The translations under genes were made by a program, and so were the position numbers. Below, piece after piece: positions 37,049 to 44,879 of a DNA stretch of 64,000 bases. The notes under the pieces were generated by a model. That model was not told the DNA's origin. It searched no databases and saw only the letters and a list, made by a program, of their open reading frames with translations. The stretch covers positions 1,418 through 65,417 of the forward strand of contig JAUVYE010000001.1 of NCBI GenBank assembly GCA_030603245.1, given 5' to 3'. The stretch comes from a bacterium. GTDB lineage: Bacteria > Patescibacteriota > Minisyncoccia > Minisyncoccales > DG-74-3. How positions within the stretch are numbered: position 1 is the stretch's first letter; each line of letters opens with the position of its first letter.

Positions 37049-37086
37049 CTATTTAATTATACATATTATATCAAACAAGATAAAAT

Positions 37087-37533
37087 TTGTCAATAGTTAT
37101 GACTAACAAATATACATCAGAACAATTTTGGAAATTATATGACAAACTTCCTCAGGAATTAAAGGATGCTCTTTTTGCTGAGGAAACGGGTACTAATATT
37201 TATGATACTTGCAAAAGAAATGATTGTTTAGAATACCACAGTGAAATTATTGAATATGTTGGTCAAGTTTTAATTGGGGTCTTGGCTCCCGAGGATTTTA
37301 TGGCTGTACTAAAGAAAAACCTAAAATTAACTAAAGAAACTGCCAAAAAAGTTGTCCAAGAAATTAATCGTTTTATTTTTTATCCGGTTAGGCCTTTATT
37401 AGAAAAACTGTATAAAATGAAAATGACACCTTCTTCTTTGGAAAAACCTGGTTTAGTTACTAAAACTCCTGCTCCAAAAAAAGAAGAGTCAGCTCCTCCC
37501 AGAAAAGACACTTATAGAGAACCTATTAAATAA
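37087..37533 (+). CDS. Hypothetical protein (T4SS-locus associated)
   Basis: 148-aa soluble ORF in operon position ahead of the PrgI-like gene. Confidence 0.35.
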   Translation: MSIVMTNKYTSEQFWKLYDKLPQELKDALFAEETGTNIYDTCKRNDCLEYHSEIIEYVGQVLIGVLAPEDFMAVLKKNLKLTKETAKKVVQEINRFIFYPVRPLLEKLYKMKMTPSSLEKPGLVTKTPAPKKEESAPPRKDTYREPIK

Positions 37534-37537
37534 ATAT

Positions 37538-37945
37538 ATGAGATTTACTGTTCCTCAATTTATTGAGCGCGAAGCAAAAATAGTTGGTCCATTAACTTTT
37601 AGACAGTTTATTTTTATTGCAATTGCTGGCGCTATTTGCTTTTTTATTTATAGTATTGCTCCTTTTTATGTGTTTGTAATAGCCTGTGTTATTTTTGGTG
37701 GGAGTTCCTTGGCTTTGGCATTTTTAAAAGTACAAGGAAGATCCTTGCCCGTTGTTTTATCAAATCTTCTAAGGTTTAATTTTGCTCCCAAAATGTATCT
37801 TTGGAAAAAAAGCCAAGTCCCAATAAAAATTTTGAAAAAAGAAACAGTGGTGCAATCAGAAAAAGAACAAGAAACCCCTTTAAAAATAGCTGAAAAGAGT
37901 CAATTAAAAAAAATAAGGACTGAAATTGAAACAAGACCAGAATAA
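37538..37945 (+). CDS. PrgI-family / VirB3-like small membrane protein
   Basis: N-terminus MRFTVPQFIEREAKIVGPLTFRQFIFIAIAG matches the PrgI-family consensus (VPkdl...ki.g.LTfRQfiyl) followed by a TM hairpin. Confidence 0.55.
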   Translation: MRFTVPQFIEREAKIVGPLTFRQFIFIAIAGAICFFIYSIAPFYVFVIACVIFGGSSLALAFLKVQGRSLPVVLSNLLRFNFAPKMYLWKKSQVPIKILKKETVVQSEKEQETPLKIAEKSQLKKIRTEIETRPE

Positions 37946-38579
37946 TATGGTTAAAGCATCAACTCAACAATTTTTAGAAGTTAAAGAAATTAAACAAGGA
38001 GTCGTTGTTTTAAAAAACAAAGCTTTGAGAGGAGTATTAATGGTTTCCTCTTTAAACTTTGCCTTGAAATCTAAAGATGAACAAAATGCTACTATTTACC
38101 AATTCCAAAGCTTTTTGAATTCCTTAGACTTTCCTCTTCAAACATTAGTTCAATCTCGAAAACTCAATATTACTGGATATTTAGATAAATTAAAGGAATT
38201 AGAAAAAGAGCAAAAAAACGAACTCTTAAAAACTCAAACAGCGGAATACAGAAATTTTATTAAAGAATTGATTGTTGGGAGCTCTATTATGTCTAAAAAT
38301 TTCTTTGTTATAGTTCCTTTTGTTTCAATTAAAATTCCTGGCATTACTTCAAAGGGCTCTGGAAAAACACTTGCTAAATCAATCGATGATCAATTTCAAA
38401 GAGCAAAATCTCAACTTTGGCAAAGAATGGAATTTGTATCTATGGGATTAAGAAGGTGTGGATTAAAGTGTATTCCCTTAAATACCACTGAGTTAATTGA
38501 GCTTTTCTGGTCATTACATCATCCAGAAGAAGCTGAAATAGGATATTATCCTGAAATACCTCCTGAATTAATAAAATGA
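37926..38579 (+). CDS. Hypothetical T4SS-associated protein
   Basis: 217 aa. Overlaps the upstream gene by 20 nt and the downstream VirB4 by 4 nt (translational coupling). No motifs. Confidence 0.35.
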   Translation: MKQDQNNMVKASTQQFLEVKEIKQGVVVLKNKALRGVLMVSSLNFALKSKDEQNATIYQFQSFLNSLDFPLQTLVQSRKLNITGYLDKLKELEKEQKNELLKTQTAEYRNFIKELIVGSSIMSKNFFVIVPFVSIKIPGITSKGSGKTLAKSIDDQFQRAKSQLWQRMEFVSMGLRRCGLKCIPLNTTELIELFWSLHHPEEAEIGYYPEIPPELIK

Positions 38580-40378
38580 AAATACCTTTTTTAAAAAAGA
38601 AAAGAACATATCAATTGGTTAAGGAAGATACCAGTAAGATTTTTGAAAAAAAGGCAATGGAGCTTAACGACATCATTGCCCCTTCTTCAATTACTATTTC
38701 TTCTGACAACTTAAAGCTTGGCAAAATGTTTGCTAAATCTTTTTTCATTTTTTCCTATCCCAGATATTTAAGTACTGGCTGGTTTTCTCCAATCATTAAC
38801 CTTGACGATCCAATGGATATTTCCATTTTTGTTCACCCGATTGAAACAGGAACGATTTTAAAACAATTAAGAAGAAGGGTGACTGAAGTTCAGGCCGAGA
38901 TTTCAGAAAGACAGGAAAAGGGATTAATCAGAGATCCTGTTTTACAAACAGCTTATCAGGATTTAGAAACTTTAAGAGACCGGCTCCAGACAGCTCAAGA
39001 AAGAATGTTTAAATTAGGCATCTATTTAACTACTTATGGCAAATCAGAACAAGAATTAAAAAACATTGAGAACACGCTAAGGTCAATGTTAGAATCTCGC
39101 TTAATATACATTAAACCTGCTCTTTATCAACAAAGAGAAGGTTTTAATTCTTGTGCTCCTTATGGATTAGATCAACTTCAAGTTCATACTTCAATGAACA
39201 CAGGACCTCTTTCTTCTGTTTTTCCTTTTGCTTCATTTGATTTAAGTTCAAACGAAGGAATCTTATATGGAATAAACAGACATAACAATTCTTTAATTCT
39301 TTTTGATAGATTTAGTTTAGAAAATGCGAATAGTATTTTATTTGCGAAGAGTGGAAGTGGAAAGTCATATGCAGTCAAATTAGAAGTTCTACGCTCTTTA
39401 ATGATAGGGGTTGATGTAATTATCCTTGATCCTGAAAATGAATATGAATTCTTATCTGATGCTGTGGGTGGTTCTTTCTTTAATATTTCTTTAGGATCTG
39501 CAAATCACATTAATCCTTTTGATTTGCCCACTCCAAGAAAAGATGAAAAACCATCTGATATTTTAAGATCTAATATTATTAATTTAGTTGGTTTAATACG
39601 AGTTATGTTAGGAGGGTTAACTCCTGAAGAAGATTCTATTATGGACCAAGCTCTTACTGAAACCTATGCTGCTAAAGACATTACTATTAAAAGCGATCCA
39701 AGTACTTGGAAAGAGAATGTTCCCTTAATGGAAGATTTAGAAGCAATTCTCAACACTATGGAAGGAACTGATTCTTTAGTAAGAAGATTAAGAAAATTTA
39801 CCAAAGGCACATTCAGTGAATTCTTTAATCAAAAAACTAATATTTCAACTGACAATCCTTTAATTGTATTTGGAATCAGAGATATGGAAGACGAATTAAG
39901 GCCAATCGCAATGTTTATTGTTATGCGTTATATCTGGAATAAAATCAGGTCTGAGCTTAAAAAAAGAATTTTGGTCGTAGATGAAGCCTGGTGGATAATG
40001 CAATCAGAAGATGGAGCTTCCTTTTTATATGGTATGGCTAAAAGAGCCAGAAAATATTGGCTAGGGGTAACCACTATTACCCAGGATGTGGGAGATTTTA
40101 TGAAATCTGAATATGGAAAACCTATTATTACTAACTCTTCTTTACAAATTTTATTAAAACAATCTCCAGCCACAATTGATTTGGTAAAGAAAACCTTTAA
40201 TCTGACTGAAGAAGAAAAATATTTATTATTAGAAGCTGAAGTGGGGGAAGGTATATTTTTTGCAGGACAAAAACATGTAGCAATTAAAGTAGTTGCTTCG
40301 TATACTGAAGATCAAATTATTACCACTGACCCAGAACAGGTATTGAAAATTAAAAAAGCAAAAGAAGAATCAATTTAA
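38576..40378 (+). CDS. VirB4/TrbE/CagE-family type IV secretion ATPase (short, Gram-positive/archaeal-type form)
   Basis: N-terminal VirB4 region (IAPSSITISSDNLKLGKMF...YPRYLSTGW), Walker A FAKSGSGKSYAVK, Walker B with the VirB4-typical DEAW (ILVVDEAWWIM), and downstream GVTTITQD. Confidence 0.8.
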   Translation: MKIPFLKKKRTYQLVKEDTSKIFEKKAMELNDIIAPSSITISSDNLKLGKMFAKSFFIFSYPRYLSTGWFSPIINLDDPMDISIFVHPIETGTILKQLRRRVTEVQAEISERQEKGLIRDPVLQTAYQDLETLRDRLQTAQERMFKLGIYLTTYGKSEQELKNIENTLRSMLESRLIYIKPALYQQREGFNSCAPYGLDQLQVHTSMNTGPLSSVFPFASFDLSSNEGILYGINRHNNSLILFDRFSLENANSILFAKSGSGKSYAVKLEVLRSLMIGVDVIILDPENEYEFLSDAVGGSFFNISLGSANHINPFDLPTPRKDEKPSDILRSNIINLVGLIRVMLGGLTPEEDSIMDQALTETYAAKDITIKSDPSTWKENVPLMEDLEAILNTMEGTDSLVRRLRKFTKGTFSEFFNQKTNISTDNPLIVFGIRDMEDELRPIAMFIVMRYIWNKIRSELKKRILVVDEAWWIMQSEDGASFLYGMAKRARKYWLGVTTITQDVGDFMKSEYGKPIITNSSLQILLKQSPATIDLVKKTFNLTEEEKYLLLEAEVGEGIFFAGQKHVAIKVVASYTEDQIITTDPEQVLKIKKAKEESI

Positions 40379-40833
40379 GAAGGTTTAACAACCACCTTTC
40401 TTTCATCTCTTTCACCAATACTCTCTGTAATAACCCCACTTCTTTCAGCCAACTCCATATGAACAATTCTTCTTTCAAAAGCGCGCATTGGACTTAGCGC
40501 TTTTTCTTTTTTGGTCAAAACCACATCATCAGCAACAGAATTGGCTAATTCTTTCAAATACTCGGCTTTCTTTTTCTTGTAATCATTAATATCAACGTTA
40601 ACATAGAATAATTCTTCTGTTTTTTTTCTTAAAATAATTTTCAAAAGATGCTGAATGTCAGCCAAGGTTTGACCTCTTTCTCCAATCAAAATTTGAGGGT
40701 CTTCAGTTTTAACCTTAATCAAAAGAGTATTTTCTTCTTGGGTCGAAAAATCAAGACTAACGTCAAAAGTGGTTTTTTGAAAAAACTCTTTAGTAATTTT
40801 TCTTATTTTTTCCAAACCTTCTTTTGAAATCAT
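40375..40833 (-). CDS. jag: KhpB/Jag RNA-binding protein (KH + R3H)
   Basis: KH-like (ILIGERGQTLADIQHLL) and R3H-like C-terminal regions. Conserved position downstream of yidC. Confidence 0.7.
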   Translation of the reverse strand: MISKEGLEKIRKITKEFFQKTTFDVSLDFSTQEENTLLIKVKTEDPQILIGERGQTLADIQHLLKIILRKKTEELFYVNVDINDYKKKKAEYLKELANSVADDVVLTKKEKALSPMRAFERRIVHMELAERSGVITESIGERDERKVVVKPS

Positions 40834-41516
40834 GCTTTTCTAAAGATTAAATATTGTTGGCCGATTGAAAGAACAGTAGTTGTTATCCAGTATAAAGCAA
40901 CTGCAGACGGCATTCTAATAAGAATAAAAATTGTTAAAAAAGGAAACATAAAAATCATTTGATTAGAAACTGCGCTTGCTGCTTGCCCCGCTTTTTCTTT
41001 ATTGCTTTTCATTTGAATGAGTTGGGCAAAACCAGCTAATATTGCTAAAAAAAGACTTGGTTGAGAAAGATCTATTAAATTCAAAAAACTAAAGCTTATT
41101 ATTTCAGGTCTTGGAATAAAACTATAAAGATTACTTAACTCTTCTGATTGTAATCCTCTCCAAAATACACGATAAAGAGCAATTAAAAGCGGTAACTGAA
41201 TTAAAACAGGAATAAGACTATTAAGAGGATTAATCTTTTCTTTTTGGTAAAGCTCTAAGATTTCTTGCATTTGCTTTTCCTTATTGTCTTTGTGATTATT
41301 TTGAATCACTTTCACTTTTTCTTGAATTCCGGATAGAGCTTTTTGTGATTTTAAAGATTGAGCCATCAAAGGAGACAAAACTAATCTGATTAAAGCTGTT
41401 AAAACAATTACTGCTATTCCAAAATCGCGTCCTGGCAAAAATTGATATAAAAAAAATAAAGCATTAAACAATGGTTGATACAATATTTTGTTAAAAAATT
41501 CGGTTAAAAAATTCAT
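40830..41516 (-). CDS. yidC: Membrane protein insertase YidC (short form)
   Basis: Typical short YidC/Oxa1 core (LTALIRLVLSPL, 5 TM). rnpA-yidC synteny. Confidence 0.85.
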   Translation of the reverse strand: MNFLTEFFNKILYQPLFNALFFLYQFLPGRDFGIAVIVLTALIRLVLSPLMAQSLKSQKALSGIQEKVKVIQNNHKDNKEKQMQEILELYQKEKINPLNSLIPVLIQLPLLIALYRVFWRGLQSEELSNLYSFIPRPEIISFSFLNLIDLSQPSLFLAILAGFAQLIQMKSNKEKAGQAASAVSNQMIFMFPFLTIFILIRMPSAVALYWITTTVLSIGQQYLIFRKA

Positions 41517-41863
41517 TATTTATTATTAATTATTTTCGCTTTTTTAAAAAGCTTACTAATCATTTCTTTTATCTCTTTAAAATCTTTTAACTCTAATCCT
41601 GGACTTGCTATGATAATGACGTCTACTCCTTTTTGGATTTTTTTAAGATTCAAATAAACTATTTCTCTAAGTTTTCTTTTTATTTTATTTCTAGTAACAG
41701 CTTTTTTAGAAAACTTTTTAGATACTACAAAGGTAAAGCGCGATTCGTTTAAATCATTGGATAATATTTTTAAGATTAAAAGATCTTGTTTAAAAATCCT
41801 TCCTTTTTCAAATACTTTTTGAATATCTTTATTTTTTTTGAGTCGGTTAATCTTTGCTAACAT
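41516..41863 (-). CDS. rnpA: Ribonuclease P protein component
   Basis: 115-aa basic protein with the RnpA-like RNR-type motif (FTFVVSKKFSKKAVTRNKIKRKLRE). rpmH-rnpA synteny. Confidence 0.8.
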   Translation of the reverse strand: MLAKINRLKKNKDIQKVFEKGRIFKQDLLILKILSNDLNESRFTFVVSKKFSKKAVTRNKIKRKLREIVYLNLKKIQKGVDVIIIASPGLELKDFKEIKEMISKLFKKAKIINNK

Positions 41864-41884
41864 TTCTATAATAAAAACATTAGC

Positions 41885-42019
41885 CTAAACTGTAAGCTTT
41901 TTTCTTTTTTTTCTTCTTCTGTTCACTAAAACTCTTTGGCCTGATTTTGTTTCTTGCCTCTTTCTAAAACCGTGGGTTCGTTTTCTTTTTCTTTTTTTAG
42001 GCTTATAAGTTATTGACAT
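41885..42019 (-). CDS. rpmH: 50S ribosomal protein L34 (absent from the supplied ORF track because <60 aa)
   Basis: Minus-strand translation gives MSITYKPKKRKRKRTHGFRKRQETKSGQRVLVNRRRKKRKKLTV, a clear L34 with the KRTHGFR core. Confidence 0.85.
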   Translation of the reverse strand: MSITYKPKKRKRKRTHGFRKRQETKSGQRVLVNRRRKKRKKLTV

Positions 42020-42184
42020 GTTTTTATTTTATATTGTTTTAATCTTAAAATCAACCTTAGATGAATTCCACAAAATATCCACAGGTTATTAACTTTAATA
42101 ATCTTATTGTGTTTATTTTGATTTTAGCTTGGTTATAAGATATAATAATTTATTATTTATAAAAGATTAAGGATTTATAATAAC
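42020..42184. promoter_or_regulatory. dnaA upstream region with DnaA-box-like sequences (candidate oriC part 1 / dnaA promoter)
   Basis: ATATCCACA (8/9 match to TTATCCACA) at about 42076-42084, with an adjacent TTCCACA at 42066-42074. AT-rich. Confidence 0.45.
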
Positions 42185-43546
42185 ATGAACAACCAAGAAT
42201 TGTGGCAAGCAACTTTGGCCCAAATTCAACTTAATATTTCTCCTGCCAGTTTTGCTACTTGGTTTAAAAATACCAGCATTGTTAGTCAAAAAGAAGGCAA
42301 GACAATTGTTTCGGTAACTAATTCTTTTGCCAAAGAATGGCTTCAAAATAAATATGGAAAAACTATTTTAAAAATTTTACACGAATTAGATTCTAAGATT
42401 AAAGAGGTTAAATATGAGGTCAAGCATAAAGCAAATAAAAATGAAGCGAGGGTTTTGGATAAAAGCTCTTTTCTTTTTTCTAGAAAAAGACAGCTTGATC
42501 TTCAGAGATTTAAAGCTCAAAAAGAAACAAATATTAATCCAAGATATACATTTGAAAGTTTTATTGTTGGCCCTTTTAATGAATTAGCTCAGGCTGCAAG
42601 TTGGGCAATATCAAAAGAACCAGGTAAGGTTTATAATCCTCTTTTTATTTATGGAAAAGTGGGTTTAGGTAAAACTCATCTCTTGCAAGCCATTGGAAAT
42701 GAGATTGTAAAAAACTTTTCGAAAAAAAAGGTTAAATATATTCCATCTGAAACATTTACTTCTGGGATGGTTTCGGCAATCAGAAAACAGAGTATTGAAA
42801 ATTTTAAAACAAAATATAGAAACATTGATGTTTTAATTTTAGATGATGTTCAGTTTTTAGCTGGAAAAGAAAAAACTCAAGAAGAATTTTTTCATATATT
42901 TAACCATTTGTATGAACAGAACAAACAAATCATTCTTTCCTCTGATAGACCACCTAAAGCAATTTCTGCTTTAGCTGAGAGACTAAGATCTCGCTTTGAA
43001 GGAGGAATGATAGCTGATATTAGTTATCCTGATTATGAAACAAGAATGGCTATTTTAAAAATAAAATGTGAGGAAAGAAAAATAGTTCTTCCAGAAAATA
43101 TTTTAGATTATATTGCTTCTAGTATTCAAAAAAATATCAGAGAATTAGAAGGAGCACTAACTCGTGTCTCAGCTTATCAAAAATTAAATAATAAAACTCC
43201 TGATACTGAAACAGTAAAATCTCTTCTTAAAAATCTTATTTTTTCACCCAAACAAAGAATTACTCCTAAAAAAATAATTAAGATAGTAGCTGATTTTTAC
43301 GACTTAAAAGAGAAAGAGATTTTATCTTCTTCAAGAAAAAGAGAAATTGTCAGACCTCGTCAAATAGCAATGTATCTTTTAAGGGAAGAACTTAAAAGTT
43401 CTTATCCTTTTATTGGCCGAAGGTTTGGAGGAAGAGATCATACTACAGCTATCCATGCTTATGAAAAAATTGTAAAAGAGATCAATAAAAATGAGAATAT
43501 TGCAGAAGAAATTAACCTTATTAAACAGAGAGTTTTTAGTGTTTAA
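42185..43546 (+). CDS. dnaA: Chromosomal replication initiator protein DnaA
   Basis: AAA+ Walker A GKVGLGKTHLL, sensor motifs and a C-terminal DNA-binding domain. Confidence 0.95.
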   Translation: MNNQELWQATLAQIQLNISPASFATWFKNTSIVSQKEGKTIVSVTNSFAKEWLQNKYGKTILKILHELDSKIKEVKYEVKHKANKNEARVLDKSSFLFSRKRQLDLQRFKAQKETNINPRYTFESFIVGPFNELAQAASWAISKEPGKVYNPLFIYGKVGLGKTHLLQAIGNEIVKNFSKKKVKYIPSETFTSGMVSAIRKQSIENFKTKYRNIDVLILDDVQFLAGKEKTQEEFFHIFNHLYEQNKQIILSSDRPPKAISALAERLRSRFEGGMIADISYPDYETRMAILKIKCEERKIVLPENILDYIASSIQKNIRELEGALTRVSAYQKLNNKTPDTETVKSLLKNLIFSPKQRITPKKIIKIVADFYDLKEKEILSSSRKREIVRPRQIAMYLLREELKSSYPFIGRRFGGRDHTTAIHAYEKIVKEINKNENIAEEINLIKQRVFSV

Positions 43547-43745
43547 TTATGGGAAATTTTGTGGAAAAATTGAGCAAAAACACTTATTAAAACATAAATA
43601 ATTATATTTATATAAAAAGAAAACACAATATCCCTACAATAAATCACTATTTTTACCCAATTAAATTGAATAAAAAAATACAATAATTCACAGACATAAT
43701 ATTAATAATAATTTAATAATTTAAATAATAATTAAAATAATTAAA
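43547..43745. promoter_or_regulatory. dnaA-dnaN intergenic region: DnaA-box-like 9-mer plus pure A/T stretch (candidate oriC with DNA unwinding element)
   Basis: TGTGGAAAA (8/9 to the box complement TGTGGATAA) at 43561-43569. About 55 nt of uninterrupted A/T at 43690-43745. Confidence 0.45.
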
Positions 43746-44879
43746 ATGAAATTATTAGTTTTACAAGAAAAATTAAAAGAAGGATTAAAAATAGTTAGTC
43801 GAGCTTCTTTTAAGTCTCTTTCTCTTCCTATTTTAAATAATATTTTATTAAGAACAGAAAAAAACTTTTTAGAATTAGCGGCTACCGATTTAGAAGTTGG
43901 AATAAAATGGTGGTCTTTAGCAAAAATAGAAAAAGAAGGAGAAATTATTGTTCCTACTCAAGTTTTTTCTAATTTTATTAGTTTTTTACCAAATAAAAAA
44001 GTTAAATTAGAGGTTGATAAATTAACTCTAAATATTGAATGCGAAAATTATAAAACTAGTTTAAAAGGATATAGTACAGAAGAGTTTCCTATTATTCCGC
44101 AAATATCTGAAGCAGAAATCGTTATTATAGATAGTGAAATTTTTTGCCAAGGATTAAATCAAGTGGTAAATATCACTAGTCCATCTACAACTAGACCGGA
44201 AATCTCTGGAGTTTATTTGATTTTTAAAGAAAATTCAATAAAAATGGTAGCCACAGATAGTTTTAGATTGGGAGAAAAAACAGTTATTCTTGAGAAGAAT
44301 ACAAAGCTACGTCAACAATATTCTTTAATCCTTCCTCAGAAAGCAGTTAAAGAAATTATTAATATTTTTGGAGAAAAAAAAGAGGAACTTAAAATTTATT
44401 TAACCCCTAATCAAATTTTATTTGAAAAAGTAATTCCTGAATTACCATCACATCCACAAATTCATTTAGTCTCAAGATTAATAGAAGGAGAATATCCAAA
44501 CTATCAAGAAATTATTCCTGAAAAATATAAAACCCAGATTATTCTTAAAAAAGAAGAATTCTTAAACCAAATTAAAACAGCTAGTATTTTTAGTGGTAAG
44601 ATAAACGAAATAAAACTAAAAATAGATCCTAAAGCACAAAAAATAACAGTGTTTAGTCAGAGTCCTGATTTAGGAGAATATAATAGTTTTTTCTCAGCTA
44701 AGATAAAAGGTAAGGCAATGGAGGTTGCCTTTAACCATCGATTTTTACTTGATGGACTTTTAAATATAAAAAGCTCACAAATCACTTTTGAGCTTAGTAG
44801 TGAAGATGGCCCAGGAGTTTTAAAACCAGTTGGAGATAAAAGTTATCTTTATATTGTAATGCCTATTAAGGCAAGTTAG
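43746..44879 (+). CDS. dnaN: DNA polymerase III beta sliding clamp
   Basis: 377-aa three-domain clamp in the conserved dnaA-dnaN arrangement. Confidence 0.9.
   Translation: MKLLVLQEKLKEGLKIVSRASFKSLSLPILNNILLRTEKNFLELAATDLEVGIKWWSLAKIEKEGEIIVPTQVFSNFISFLPNKKVKLEVDKLTLNIECENYKTSLKGYSTEEFPIIPQISEAEIVIIDSEIFCQGLNQVVNITSPSTTRPEISGVYLIFKENSIKMVATDSFRLGEKTVILEKNTKLRQQYSLILPQKAVKEIINIFGEKKEELKIYLTPNQILFEKVIPELPSHPQIHLVSRLIEGEYPNYQEIIPEKYKTQIILKKEEFLNQIKTASIFSGKINEIKLKIDPKAQKITVFSQSPDLGEYNSFFSAKIKGKAMEVAFNHRFLLDGLLNIKSSQITFELSSEDGPGVLKPVGDKSYLYIVMPIKAS

Noticed and set aside
37926-40378. Possibility that the 217-aa ORF plus the 600-aa ORF are one frameshifted or split VirB4 (217+600 is about 817 aa)
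   Set aside because: The 600-aa protein already contains the VirB4 N-terminal region (IAPSSITISS...YPRYLSTGW) as well as Walker A and DEAW Walker B. The 4-nt ATGA overlap is a normal coupling junction. The 217-aa ORF is therefore kept as a separate accessory gene.
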